64,000 nt of DNA, from contig JAQUSJ010000001.1 of NCBI GenBank assembly GCA_028715175.1, forward strand, positions 546,386 to 610,385. Reading direction: 5' to 3'. The stretch's first letter is position 1. Each line of letters begins with the position of its first letter. The notes below the pieces were generated by a model that did not search any database, was not told the DNA's origin, and saw only the letters and a list, made by a program, of their open reading frames with translations. Of the stretch, positions 26,931 through 36,272 are shown piece after piece. The stretch is from Candidatus Daviesbacteria bacterium (GTDB taxonomy: Bacteria; Patescibacteriota; Microgenomatia; Daviesbacterales; UBA10151). Both the position numbers and the translations under genes were made by a program.

Positions 26931-28136
26931 ATGGAACTTAGGGAAACTTTAAAATCTGCAATACAGGCTTTACGCATAAACGCCCTCAGATCATCCTTAA
27001 CCATGCTGGGTATCATTATAGGTATTACCGCGGTGATACTTATTTCCTCTGTCGGGCAGGGAACAGTAGCTTTCATTTCCAACGAGTTGACCTCATTTGG
27101 TACTAATTTTTTTTCAATTAATCCGGGAAATAACTTTATAAGTACAATAACCGGTGGGGGTGAACCATTAACAACTGCAGATATAGAAGCAATCAAAGAT
27201 GCCAACATCCCAAACATTGAAAACATTGCTGCTTTTTCTTATACGAGCAAAGTCGTTTCTGCCGACGAAGAGTCAAAAAGAACGAGCGTATATGGGATGA
27301 CACCGGAGGCACAAGAAATGCTTAAACCCGATTTAATTTACGGTGAATTCTTATCAGAGGATGACAGCAATAATCGTGTAGTTGTTCTCGGTTCGGATGT
27401 AGTGGAAGATTTATTTGGAAAAGATACAAATCCGGTAGGCGAATCTGTGAAAATTGATGATATCCGCTTTGTGGTAATTGGTGTTTCAAAAAGCGGTGGC
27501 AGCTTGTTTGGAAGTTTTTTTAACACTGCAGTTAATATTCCGCTTGGAACATTGCAAAATCAGATCACCGGTAATGATGAAATCAATGAGATTGATATTG
27601 GTGTCCGGAACATTGATCTTCTCAACGAAACTATGGATGAGGTCGAGTTGGTGTTAAGAGACCACCGACACATCAGTGATATGGAAGAAAATGATTTTGT
27701 TTTACAGAGTTTTGAGGGTGCTCTGGACACATTCGAAACTATTACTACTTTACTGACCGTTTTCATCACCGGAATTTCTGCCATATCGCTTTTGGTCGGC
27801 GGGGTGGGGGTTATGAACATAATGCTTGTGTCTGTTACCGAGAGAACAAAAGAGATAGGTCTTCTGAAAGCAATCGGGGCCAAACGCAAAGATATCCTGA
27901 CTCAGTTTCTGATCGAGTCGGCGGTGATGACTACAATTGGTGGATTCGCCGGTATTATATTGGGACTTGGAGGCACATTTCTGATATCTGTTACTGTCGG
28001 TATCCCTTTCATAATAAGTGTGCCCTGGATACTTTTGGGGGTTGGCATATCGACACTAGTCGGGCTTGTATTTGGTATATACCCGGCAAGAAAAGCTGCC
28101 GACCTGCTTCCTATAGATGCCTTGCGCTATGAATGA
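26931..28136 (+). CDS. ABC transporter permease (FtsX/MacB family)
   Basis: N-terminal TM, a large periplasmic domain, and a C-terminal 3-TM FtsX-like region GVGVMNIMLVSVTERTKEIGLLKAIGA. Confidence 0.8.
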   Translation: MELRETLKSAIQALRINALRSSLTMLGIIIGITAVILISSVGQGTVAFISNELTSFGTNFFSINPGNNFISTITGGGEPLTTADIEAIKDANIPNIENIAAFSYTSKVVSADEESKRTSVYGMTPEAQEMLKPDLIYGEFLSEDDSNNRVVVLGSDVVEDLFGKDTNPVGESVKIDDIRFVVIGVSKSGGSLFGSFFNTAVNIPLGTLQNQITGNDEINEIDIGVRNIDLLNETMDEVELVLRDHRHISDMEENDFVLQSFEGALDTFETITTLLTVFITGISAISLLVGGVGVMNIMLVSVTERTKEIGLLKAIGAKRKDILTQFLIESAVMTTIGGFAGIILGLGGTFLISVTVGIPFIISVPWILLGVGISTLVGLVFGIYPARKAADLLPIDALRYE

Positions 28137-28299
28137 ACCATACAGAGAATTTGTAAAAATTATTCAATTGGATGTTTCGCCCATGCTGGTATAGTGCGAA
28201 CATCTTCAACATTAAGTCTGTATGACCAATAATTTCTCCATCTATCAAGCGTAGACTTAAACCAATAATTAGCATCGGCAATAATTAATTCAAAACCCT

Positions 28300-28725
28300 T
28301 CATAGGTCTATATACCCCGGATATTCTGGTTTTAAACTAGTTCTACACACAAGTAATGCATCCACAAGTGGCCAGCCTGTTTGATTTGCAATGCGTTCAT
28401 ATACATTTACTGTATCTGAAACTCTTTTGCTCGTCTCCAAAAAATACCAATTTTCATTATCTGCATCTAAAGCAATACCGTGCCCCATCATAATCATTGC
28501 TGAAGTTATAAATTCTAACTCTTTACCTCGCTCTGTCAAAACTAACAATTGACTGTGAAAAACATGAGGAAATCCAGATACTTCCAGATAAGTTGAGTGA
28601 CCTCTTCTTGCCAAATTTATATCTTCTACAGGGCATCCCAGTTTAATACCCCAGGTTTCCAGCTCAACATCTAATTTCGGGTTTCCGGTTGTTGGAGTTG
28701 GAAATATTATTTCAGGAGTCTCCAT
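28300..28725 (-). CDS. Hypothetical protein
   Basis: 141-aa ORF with no recognised motif. Confidence 0.4.
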   Translation of the reverse strand: METPEIIFPTPTTGNPKLDVELETWGIKLGCPVEDINLARRGHSTYLEVSGFPHVFHSQLLVLTERGKELEFITSAMIMMGHGIALDADNENWYFLETSKRVSDTVNVYERIANQTGWPLVDALLVCRTSLKPEYPGYIDL

Positions 28726-28829
28726 CAGTAAATTATAGCAAGTATAGTAAAAAGTTCTAACAAAGTAGACTGAGGTTATTTAAAAAAGCTGCGGGTCTTA
28801 AACCAAGTTAGAATTTCTTTAATGAGTGT

Positions 28830-29540
28830 TTAAGACTTAACTTTTAACCCCCAAATATTAAAAGTATCACGTAATTGTCCACTTACTTGGCTTTCTACCG
28901 TTACATTTTTACTTGCCATAATTTTAACTCCACTGTGTTGCAAAAGATCAGATAGTTCATCACTTCTAAAATGATGCGCAATAAACCATATTCCTCCATC
29001 ACGAGTATTATGCACAACAACACTACCATATTCTCCGATAACATTACTGTCCCTTGTATAAACATCAACCCACCGTCGGTTATCATAATGTGTCCTTTGA
29101 AAAGGATCGTTAATTAAAGCAAACTCAGCTACATAAATTAATCCTCCGTCTTTTAAGACTCTCATGGTTTCATTTAATATTTCTTCTCTTTGGTTTCTAT
29201 TTACCGCTCCTAAAACACCGAGCATCACAGCTCCATCAAAAGTATCAGGGGGAAAGGGCTGATACTCTCCGTATGCCTGAAGAAAAGACAACTCTGGAAA
29301 TTCTGCTTTACCAGTCAATAGTTCTTGAAGATTTGGGTCAAAAGCGACAGCCCTTGCACCTAAAATATCAAGTTGGTGTGTGACTCTTCCGTGAGCACAA
29401 CCAATATCTAAAAACAAATCCCCTGGTTTTACGAGTGATATAAAATTTGCATGTAAGGTGGTGGAAGCAGGTGCATGAACACCAGTATCTTTGAGCCGAT
29501 AAATTGTTTCTAAAGAGGCAGATTCTGTTTCTACAAACAT
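28830..29540 (-). CDS. Class I SAM-dependent methyltransferase
   Basis: Motif I LDIGCAHGRVT, a downstream acidic residue, and motif post-I/II. Confidence 0.7.
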   Translation of the reverse strand: MFVETESASLETIYRLKDTGVHAPASTTLHANFISLVKPGDLFLDIGCAHGRVTHQLDILGARAVAFDPNLQELLTGKAEFPELSFLQAYGEYQPFPPDTFDGAVMLGVLGAVNRNQREEILNETMRVLKDGGLIYVAEFALINDPFQRTHYDNRRWVDVYTRDSNVIGEYGSVVVHNTRDGGIWFIAHHFRSDELSDLLQHSGVKIMASKNVTVESQVSGQLRDTFNIWGLKVKS

Positions 29541-29737
29541 CTGCTTTACCCCGATTTGATTATAGTATACCAGAAATTCTAATGTCCAAGTCCCTTATTT
29601 TAGAAAGGATTGTCAGGACAATCTAATCCAGTCTTGCTGCCGGACTAGGAGTCGGACCTAGATAGACACATCCAAAGTGTGTCGTCCTACCATTAGACGA
29701 TCCGGCAATTATTTTTTGGCTGGCATTTTTCTTAATA

Positions 29738-30031
29738 TTAAACTAAATAAACTTCCGTACCTGGTTTTGTGGGTTGATCTACTTTCAGGCCAAATGAATC
29801 TCCTTTTTTGACAGAATCTACATCTTGGTGATCTACCTGCAGACTGTCAATTTTTTGAACAAACTCTTCATCTCCTCTTTTAAATTTAACTTCATCTCCT
29901 ACTTTCAACCCGCCTGATTCCAAATCCACAATAGCCACTCCTAACTTATCATAGTAGTGAACAACTTTGCCTATAGATTTACTATCTTTACAGCAACCAT
30001 CTCCTGATTTATCCAAATTTATCACCTCCAA
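29738..30031 (-). CDS. Hypothetical small protein (beta-barrel-like)
   Basis: 97 aa with Gly/Lys-rich repeated KVGDEV / KKGDSF motifs. Confidence 0.4.
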   Translation of the reverse strand: MEVINLDKSGDGCCKDSKSIGKVVHYYDKLGVAIVDLESGGLKVGDEVKFKRGDEEFVQKIDSLQVDHQDVDSVKKGDSFGLKVDQPTKPGTEVYLV

Positions 30032-30150
30032 TTCTAATTATTCTGTACACATTATACCTTAAATACTCCAATAAGGTATGGTATTGACTATGATTTAAAA
30101 GTATGCCAACAATGGAAGTAGAGTTTTTAAAAAGAGGAGGTGATAAATAC

Positions 30151-30345
30151 ATGAATACAAAACAACTGGTAGCTTGGATATTAGTGCTTGGTGCTCTTAA
30201 CATGGGATTGGTTGGACTTTTAGGCCTTAATGTTGTTGAGACAGTTTTAGGAGCTGGTACATTACTCACCAAAGTAGTCTACATGGTGGTAGGTTTGGCA
30301 GGGCTGTATAAAGCATATTGTTTGATTGGTGGGAAGTGTAAGTAA
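30151..30345 (+). CDS. DUF378-family small membrane protein
   Basis: MNTKQLVAWILVLGALNMGLVGLLGLNVV...VVYMVVGLAGLY matches the DUF378 pattern. RBS aggagg lies 10 nt upstream of ATG 30151; the table ORF starts earlier, at 30103. Confidence 0.55.
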   Translation: MNTKQLVAWILVLGALNMGLVGLLGLNVVETVLGAGTLLTKVVYMVVGLAGLYKAYCLIGGKCK

Positions 30346-30387
30346 AAAATATATTGGCTAGCCGATATATTTTGGTAATTATTTAAA

Positions 30388-30416
30388 ATCCGGCCGTTTA
30401 TCGGCCGGATTTTTTG
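30388..30416 (+). terminator. Rho-independent terminator (9-bp stem atccggccg / cggccggat, loop tttat, then T5)
   Basis: Read directly; it follows the DUF378 gene and its T-tract abuts the 3' end of the tRNA-Gly(GCC) gene on the opposite strand. Confidence 0.6.
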
Positions 30417-30489
30417 GAGCGGGAGACGGGATTCGCACCCGCGACCTCCTACTTGGCAAGCAGGCATTCTGCTACTGAACTACTCCCGC
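30415..30489 (-). tRNA. tRNA-Gly (anticodon GCC)
   Basis: Reverse complement GCGGGAG TA GTTC AGTAGCA GAAT G CCTGC TTGCCAA GTAGG AGGTC GCGGG TGCGAAT CCCGT CTCCCGC T CCA. The D-stem contains a G-T pair. Confidence 0.7.
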
Positions 30490-30511
30490 ACTTCATCCGC
30501 CTCTGGCGGAT

Positions 30512-30760
30512 TCAGTGTAAACTATCGACCAATTTCTGTTTTTTAACTCTAGACCAACCCTTAATCTCTTTTTCTCTCTTAGCTGCAAGATATCTGTCTT
30601 TAAACCTTTCCCAATAAACCAGCCTAACAGGTATCTTGCTTAGCTGTAAACAACTCTTAATTCTACTATTATGCTCCTTTATTCTTCTTTTAAGATCCCA
30701 CGTTATCCCCGTATACAAAGACTCATCTTTACATCTTAGTATGTATGTAAACCAAGCCAT
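30512..30760 (-). CDS. GIY-YIG nuclease-family small protein
   Basis: MAWFTYILRCKDESLYTGITWDLKRRIKEHN... is a GIY-YIG motif (YIL...LYTG). The table ORF begins upstream at 30865; the internal start at 30760 matches family length (~83 aa). Confidence 0.6.
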   Translation of the reverse strand: MAWFTYILRCKDESLYTGITWDLKRRIKEHNSRIKSCLQLSKIPVRLVYWERFKDRYLAAKREKEIKGWSRVKKQKLVDSLH

Positions 30761-30889
30761 AGAGCAGTTTACACAGAGCGAAGCGAAGTGTGCCTCGACC
30801 CAGAATCGGACTGAGATAATCCGCTCTTCAGGCGGACGCCTTGACCACGTTGGCAATCGAGGCAAACTTAAGAAGATTTTACCACATAA

Positions 30890-32674
30890 TTATTTAACTG
30901 TAACGCTTTTAGCTATGTTTCTGGGTTTGTCTACATTATGACCTAATTCCACAGCCATATAATAAGCCAGAAGCTGCAAGGGGATTATATTCATGATGGC
31001 AGAGGTTTCACCGGTATCCGGAACAGGAATATAGTGGTCAAAGACAGCACAGGCAGCGGGAGAAATGCCGATTACTGTTGCACCTCTTGCCTTAACCTGA
31101 TTGACTGCATTTATCACGTCATCCCTGGCCAAATCCTCCGATACCACCGCAATCACCGGCACGCCTTTTTCCATCAAGGTTATTGCATAGTGCTTTAAAT
31201 CTCCTGCGGGGATACCATGAGCATGTATGTATGATCCTTCTATTATTTTAACCATTCCTTCACTGATAATATTAAAATTTTGATATTTGCCCAGCAGAAA
31301 GATATCTTTATGTTTAGCTAAAATTTTTGCCAGATTCTTAATCGTTTCGTGGTTTGCATTTGTATTCAAGTATTTATCCATCTCCTCAACTAACTTTTTT
31401 AAGTTAACCCTTCCTTCTTTGCTTTTTCCGCTTGCCACTTTTGCTATCAGATATCCCCAGGCAATTTGTGAGGTAAAAACTTTAGTGGACATCACACAAA
31501 TCTCCGGTCCTGCGTGCGCAGAATACGGGTGATCGGAAATACGCGCCATAGTAGAACCCGGCATATTAACATACGAAGCAATCTTAACACCTTTCTTTTT
31601 GGCAATTTCTAAAACTTCCAAAACATCTGCTGTTTCACCGGATTGTGAAGGAGCAATTATCAAGTCATCCTTGGTTAATAAATCATAGTAGTCATACATA
31701 TCAGCGCCTATGACGCTTCTTGCGTTAACTTGAGCAAATACCCGAAGGTAAAAAGCGACCTCCGATGCGGCGATGCCGGCTGTACCAGACCCGATTGTGT
31801 AGACATTTTTGGCTTCTTTTAATGTTTTGATGAAATCCTCGTATAACTTAAAGTCTTGATTTAAAACCTGACTGACAACATAAGGGCTCTCATGAATTTC
31901 CTTAAGCATGAAATGATCATAACCTTCTTTATCAACTTTGCTGTTTTTAAAATCAATCTTCTCTAAATGATAAGGCAAATCTTTGTTGGACTTGATATCC
32001 CTAAGTTGCAGCTTGCCATTCCAGGTTATCATCTGCCCGTTTTCTACAACTAGTATTCTGTTTACATAAGGAGCAAACGATAGCGTGTCGGAAGAGAAAA
32101 ATATCTCTTCACCATTAACTCCCACCACCAAAGGGGAACCGTTTCGGCAAGCTATAATCCGGCCCGCTTTTGTCACAAGAATAATGGTATTTCGTCCCTC
32201 CAATTCTAAAAACGCCAGCCTCACCGCTTCCTTTAAATCTACTTTCCCACTCGTCAAGTGGGAAGCTGTTTTTAATTTATCTTCTATTAGTCGAACAATC
32301 ACTTCTGTGTCTGTTTCTGTTTGAAATTTATAGCCTTTTTTTTGCAAAGCAGATTTCAACTTCTGATAATTTTCCACAATGCCGTTTTGCGCAAGGACAA
32401 AAGATTTGTCTGAAGAAAAATGCGGATGGGCGTTTGTGACATTTACCCCACCATGGGTAGCCCAGCGGGTATGACCAATCCCTGCATTGGATCTCGGCAG
32501 ATTAATGAGTTGGTTCAAGTCGCCAATCGCTCCAACTTTTTTGTCAATCTTGATCTGGTCTGCCACCACTGCAATACCCCAGGAATCGTAACCCCGATAT
32601 TCCAGCCTTTTTAAACCTTCCAGAATAACTTCAGAAGCATTTTTTGATCCAATATAGCCAAATATTCCACACAT
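30890..32674 (-). CDS. glmS: Glutamine--fructose-6-phosphate aminotransferase
   Basis: N-terminal MCGIFGYIG (Cys1 nucleophile), two SIS domains, 594 aa. It contains a family-2 palindromic insert encoding ASHLTSGK. Confidence 0.9.
   Translation of the reverse strand: MCGIFGYIGSKNASEVILEGLKRLEYRGYDSWGIAVVADQIKIDKKVGAIGDLNQLINLPRSNAGIGHTRWATHGGVNVTNAHPHFSSDKSFVLAQNGIVENYQKLKSALQKKGYKFQTETDTEVIVRLIEDKLKTASHLTSGKVDLKEAVRLAFLELEGRNTIILVTKAGRIIACRNGSPLVVGVNGEEIFFSSDTLSFAPYVNRILVVENGQMITWNGKLQLRDIKSNKDLPYHLEKIDFKNSKVDKEGYDHFMLKEIHESPYVVSQVLNQDFKLYEDFIKTLKEAKNVYTIGSGTAGIAASEVAFYLRVFAQVNARSVIGADMYDYYDLLTKDDLIIAPSQSGETADVLEVLEIAKKKGVKIASYVNMPGSTMARISDHPYSAHAGPEICVMSTKVFTSQIAWGYLIAKVASGKSKEGRVNLKKLVEEMDKYLNTNANHETIKNLAKILAKHKDIFLLGKYQNFNIISEGMVKIIEGSYIHAHGIPAGDLKHYAITLMEKGVPVIAVVSEDLARDDVINAVNQVKARGATVIGISPAACAVFDHYIPVPDTGETSAIMNIIPLQLLAYYMAVELGHNVDKPRNIAKSVTVK
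32244..32267. repeat. Family-2 in-frame palindromic element (TTCCCACT-cgtca-AGTGGGAA-gct) inside glmS
   Basis: 8-bp stem / 5-nt loop; encodes ASHLTSGK on the minus strand, at a site where GlmS homologs are about 5 residues shorter. Confidence 0.8.
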
Positions 32675-32702
32675 GTTATTCAGGGATTATATCATGTACA
32701 CC

Positions 32703-32735
32703 TACAAGTGGGTGCTGAGGGATTTGAACCCCCGA
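32703..32735 (-). other. Orphan tRNA 3' fragment (T-arm + acceptor 3' strand: GTCGGGGGTTCAAATCCCTCAGCACCCA) with no 5' half
   Basis: The reverse complement shows a GGGGG-TTCAAAT-CCCTC T-arm and a 7-nt acceptor strand. tRNA-Val begins 7 nt away, so no room exists for a 5' half. Confidence 0.45.
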
Positions 32736-32742
32736 CATCTTC

Positions 32743-32819
32743 TGGTGGACAAGACAGGACTCGAACCTGTGACCTCCTCAGTGTAAATGAGGCGCTCTAA
32801 CCAACTGAGCTACTTGTCC
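32743..32819 (-). tRNA. tRNA-Val (anticodon UAC)
   Basis: Reverse complement GGACAAG TAGCTCAGTTGGTTAGAGC GCCTC ATTTACA CTGAGG AGGTC ACAGG TTCGAGT CCTGT CTTGTCC A CCA. Confidence 0.8.
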
Positions 32820-32891
32820 AAATCAGCGCTCTTCCCGGTGTGTCAATCTATCCCACCCCTGGTGTGTGTTAGCTTCACACCGTAGGGTATG

Positions 32892-32974
32892 TGCCGGGAA
32901 GAGGAGTTGAACCTCCACGCCCTTACGGGCACTACCACCTCAAGGTAGCGTGTATACCATTTCACCATCCCGGC
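32892..32974 (-). tRNA. tRNA-Leu (anticodon GAG), long variable arm
   Basis: Reverse complement GCCGGGA ... CTACC TTGAGGT GGTAG T GCCCGTAAGGGCGT GGAGG TTCAACT CCTCT TCCCGGC A. Confidence 0.7.
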
Positions 32975-33052
32975 TTGCTTAGAGTATCTGATAATTTTAT
33001 CAGTTTAATGCAGGCATATCAATCTGAAACAGAGGATTAGTAACTCTTTTTC

Positions 33053-34279
33053 CTAAAGGGAATTTTGTTTTTTTGAATGCTCTGGATATAAAACTAATAT
33101 AATTCTTTCCCAGGCTACTAGAAACCTTTTCATCTCATCCATTGCTGCATCATATTCCGGTGTATCTTTATCTTGTCTAATAAAAGTTGTTTGTCTTTTC
33201 TTTAGACCGTTTCTGTAAATGCTTCTTGCTTCTTCGTAAGACATATCTTCTTCTACCCCTATTAATTCTAAAGCTTCAGCATAGTTTTTACTGGCATTTT
33301 CAAATAAATCTTCAATTCTAGATTCATCCGACCCTCTCTTTGCCTCTTCAGCTTTCCTTTCCCGTTCTTCTTGTTTAACACCAAAATTATGATACCTAAA
33401 ATGCGCATCAAAATCATAGCCTCTAGAAAAACGCATTTGACTCAACTTTGCTGGATCTATTTTAAAATCATCAGGAACTTCTCCAGCGGAAGGTTTGTTT
33501 GTACCATATTTAATCTGGGCATAGGCTTTCATTAGATCAAAATCAAAACCATTAGCTTGATATTGCCCGCTTAAAAATTCATAGGTGGCAAGGGCTTGTA
33601 ATGCCTCTATATTTTCTTCAGGTTTTTTCCCATTAGCCTGATAGGCTAAAACTATGGCTTGACGGGCTTTGATCCTCATATTAAATCTCCCCATGACTTC
33701 CTTAGCTTCCTCAAAAGATTTGCCTTCAAACTCTTGTTCTTTCGCATTCACATCCTTAAGCCGATCATCAATTTCATTTGCTACTAAAAGGACTGAATTA
33801 ATTAAATGTTTATCTGGTTGTCTAGAGTTCGGACGTGGATTATATAAAATGCTTCTTATCGTATAGAAACTTCCCTCTACAAGTAATGCATCTTGCAATG
33901 AATTTAATTCTGGAAAACCTTCTGACGTATCAATCACATATTGAACTAATCCTTCGGGATTACGAAGCTTTGCTATCCTGGATGTCTCTCTTTGAAGAAT
34001 CTCCAAGCCTTGAATGCCATACATCAAGCCGTCTTCAGAACCTTCCAATGCATCATATAGTTTGAGCATTATTTCCGGATTATCCCCGGTGTAAGGATGT
34101 CGACCAATAGCTTCACGTAGACCACCCCATTCTGTGGGCTGATCAACTGCTATACCTATAGCCCGATTTACAGCCTTAGGATCATCTAAAGAACCATCAA
34201 AGAACTGTACAAAACCTTCAATTATATTTTCCATAAAAAATCCAAGAACGAGTATAAAATTTTTATATAAAAATTTCAA
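33053..34279 (-). CDS. Hypothetical protein (408 aa), acidic/helical, with a J-domain-like C-terminal segment lacking HPD
   Basis: ORF flanked by tRNA genes; no confident domain call. Confidence 0.45.
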   Translation of the reverse strand: MKFLYKNFILVLGFFMENIIEGFVQFFDGSLDDPKAVNRAIGIAVDQPTEWGGLREAIGRHPYTGDNPEIMLKLYDALEGSEDGLMYGIQGLEILQRETSRIAKLRNPEGLVQYVIDTSEGFPELNSLQDALLVEGSFYTIRSILYNPRPNSRQPDKHLINSVLLVANEIDDRLKDVNAKEQEFEGKSFEEAKEVMGRFNMRIKARQAIVLAYQANGKKPEENIEALQALATYEFLSGQYQANGFDFDLMKAYAQIKYGTNKPSAGEVPDDFKIDPAKLSQMRFSRGYDFDAHFRYHNFGVKQEERERKAEEAKRGSDESRIEDLFENASKNYAEALELIGVEEDMSYEEARSIYRNGLKKRQTTFIRQDKDTPEYDAAMDEMKRFLVAWERIILVLYPEHSKKQNSL

Positions 34280-34305
34280 CTATGGGGCATTGCGCTTTTG
34301 AGTAG

Positions 34306-34389
34306 TGCCCCAAGGGAGATTCGAACTCCCACGCCATTTCTGGCACTGACTTCTGAGGCCAGCCTGTCTACCAATTCCAGCATCGGGGC
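34306..34389 (-). tRNA. tRNA-Leu (anticodon CAG), long variable arm
   Basis: Reverse complement GCCCCGA TG CTGGAATTGGTAGACAG GCTGG CCTCAGAA? parsed as stem CTGGC / loop CTCAGAA / GTCAG, variable arm TGCCAGAAATGGCGT, T-arm GGGAG TTCGAAT CTCCC, acceptor TTGGGGC A. Confidence 0.75.
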
Positions 34390-34447
34390 TTTATTCTCAT
34401 ATTTTAGCACTATTCCACTTTTGCAGGTAGTGTATAATACTTTCTTA

Positions 34448-35458
34448 ATGGCAAAGTATCCTTTCCAGCAAAAAATAGTCACTTTTGGCGGAGGGACAGG
34501 ACATTTCTCCCTCCTTCGCGGTTTGGTAGAACTCAACCAGCCGGAACTGATCAGTGCAGTTGTAGGCACCTGGGATTCGGGCGGATCATCAGGCAGATTA
34601 AGAACCGAACTGGGAGTTTTACCTCCCGGAGATATCAGGCAATGCCTGCTGGCTTTAATGGAAGATCCAAAACAGCGTCAGGTTGCCCAAAAGCTTTTTG
34701 ATGACAGGTTAGCAAACATTGAAGGCCCGCTAAAAGGTCATAGTTTGGGCAACTTAATTGCCGCCAGGTTAGAACACATTTATAAGGGCGCGGATAGAGG
34801 TGTGGAGGCAGAACGCTTGCTTTTTAGAATCAGATCTAGGGTTTTACCTGTGAGCATATCAGAACTAAACTTAATGGCAAAACTGGAAGGCGGAGAGGAA
34901 TTAGATGGAGAAACTAATATAGATTTAAGAGGGGAAAAGGAGAACTATGATAAAAAGAAGAAAATCACCAGGGTTTATTTTGAAACCAATGCAGACCCAA
35001 ACCCGGAAGTACTGCAAGTTATTACCGATGCTGAAAAAATAGTCTTCTCTATGGGCGATTTGTACACCAGCGTTTTACCCCATCTTTTGGTTGCCGGAAT
35101 AAAAGAGGCAATTGAGGGATCAAAAGCAAAAGTAATCCTTGTGCTCAACTTGATGACCAAAATAGGGGAAACGGACAACTTTAAAGCCTCTGATTATTTA
35201 AAAAGCTTCTCATACTACCTGGGTGGCAAAAACAGGATAGATGTGATGGTTGCAAACTCCAATGGGTTAGACAGCGAGATCTTAAAAGTCTATAAAAAAG
35301 ATAAGCAGCAACCTGTAGCAGTAGACGAAGCTGAATGCAGAAAAATTTCCCCTGGCATAAAAATAGTGCAAAAACCTTTGGCTGTTTATCATATCAGGGA
35401 ACATCTTTTCCGCCACGATCCGCAAAAATTAGCCGGCACCATTTTAGAAGTGGAATAG
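34448..35458 (+). CDS. YvcK/CofD-like (UPF0052) gluconeogenesis-factor family protein
   Basis: KIVTFGGGTGHFSLLRGL...GTWDSGGSSGRLRTELGVLPPGDIRQCL matches the YvcK/CofD pattern. The table ORF starts at 34298 inside the tRNA, so the internal ATG at 34448 (MAKYPFQQ) is used. Confidence 0.7.
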   Translation: MAKYPFQQKIVTFGGGTGHFSLLRGLVELNQPELISAVVGTWDSGGSSGRLRTELGVLPPGDIRQCLLALMEDPKQRQVAQKLFDDRLANIEGPLKGHSLGNLIAARLEHIYKGADRGVEAERLLFRIRSRVLPVSISELNLMAKLEGGEELDGETNIDLRGEKENYDKKKKITRVYFETNADPNPEVLQVITDAEKIVFSMGDLYTSVLPHLLVAGIKEAIEGSKAKVILVLNLMTKIGETDNFKASDYLKSFSYYLGGKNRIDVMVANSNGLDSEILKVYKKDKQQPVAVDEAECRKISPGIKIVQKPLAVYHIREHLFRHDPQKLAGTILEVE

Positions 35459-35544
35459 CCTCAAAAATACCTGCACGCAGGTCGCCGAAGTATTGACAAA
35501 AGACAAAAATTCTGGTTACTATCAATTGCAGAAATTTTTAGCAG

Positions 35545-36147
35545 ATGGACAATCTCAACCTTAAAACCAATGTGTGGTTTGTTGCTGCCTGGTTTGCAGC
35601 AGCAACTACCGCTTTAATATTTTCACTTACTTTTACCTTGTACCTCTCAAACGCTAAAATAATTAATCCCAATCCGCCGGCTGGCGGACAAAGCTTTAAG
35701 TTATATGCAGCTTTACCTAAGTCTGAAACATTTATTACAGACGAAATAAACTATGCTGACGGCAGGGCAAAAATAATTGAGGATTTTTTGAAAAATTACA
35801 AATCACCCTTATCCGATTATAGCCATATTTTTATCCAGGTTGCCGATAAATACCAGTTAGACTACCGGTTATTGCCTTCAATCGCCATGCAGGAATCAAA
35901 CGGCGGGAAAAAAGTTATTAATCACTCCTATAATCCATTCGGATACGGCATATATGGCAGTATGGTGCTCAAATTTAATTCATGGGAAGAGGCGATTGAA
36001 AGGGTTGGCAAAGCCCTGCGCGAGGACTACTTAAATCAGGGCTTGAAAACACCATACCAGATAATGACCAAATACACACCTCCGTCTCTGCTCGTGGACG
36101 GAAGTTGGGCTAAAGGCGTTTTTACCTTCATGGAAGAACTGCGATAA
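35545..36147 (+). CDS. Membrane-anchored glucosaminidase-domain (GH73/FlgJ-like) protein, paralog 1
   Basis: LLPSIAMQESNGGKK...NPFGYGIYG...YLNQGLKTPYQIMTKYTP. Confidence 0.6.
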   Translation: MDNLNLKTNVWFVAAWFAAATTALIFSLTFTLYLSNAKIINPNPPAGGQSFKLYAALPKSETFITDEINYADGRAKIIEDFLKNYKSPLSDYSHIFIQVADKYQLDYRLLPSIAMQESNGGKKVINHSYNPFGYGIYGSMVLKFNSWEEAIERVGKALREDYLNQGLKTPYQIMTKYTPPSLLVDGSWAKGVFTFMEELR

Positions 36148-36157
36148 TTCTTGCAGT

Positions 36158-36190
36158 CACCTCGAAAGTGAGCTTTGGCTCCTTCGAGGT
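36158..36190. repeat. Family-3 hairpin element (cacctcgaaagtg ... ttcgaggt), intergenic copy
   Basis: 8-bp stem with a 16-nt loop; related to the pheT internal copy. Confidence 0.55.
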
Positions 36191-36196
36191 AATAGT

Positions 36197-36225
36197 TTGA
36201 CTTCTGATCCCCTTTCTGCTATACT
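36197..36225 (+). promoter_or_regulatory. Sigma70-like promoter TTGACT-N17-TATACT
   Basis: -35 at 36197..36202 and -10 at 36220..36225, with exact 17-nt spacing; read directly. Confidence 0.5.
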
Positions 36226-36239
36226 ATCGGTCTTAAAAA

Positions 36240-36265
36240 CCTGTACCCTCTGGTACGGGTTTTTT
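36240..36265 (+). terminator. Terminator-like hairpin (cctgtacc-ctct-ggtacggg) + T6, located between the promoter and the start codon of glucosaminidase paralog 2; possible attenuator
   Basis: 8-bp stem with one G-U pair, 4-nt loop and T-tract at 36260..36265; ATG at 36273. Confidence 0.45.
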
Positions 36266-36272
36266 AAAAGCT

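Noticed and set aside
30636-30941. 101-aa plus-strand ORF
   Set aside because: Overlaps the GIY-YIG gene and the glmS 3' end on the opposite strand; Leu/Ser-rich, low-complexity translation.
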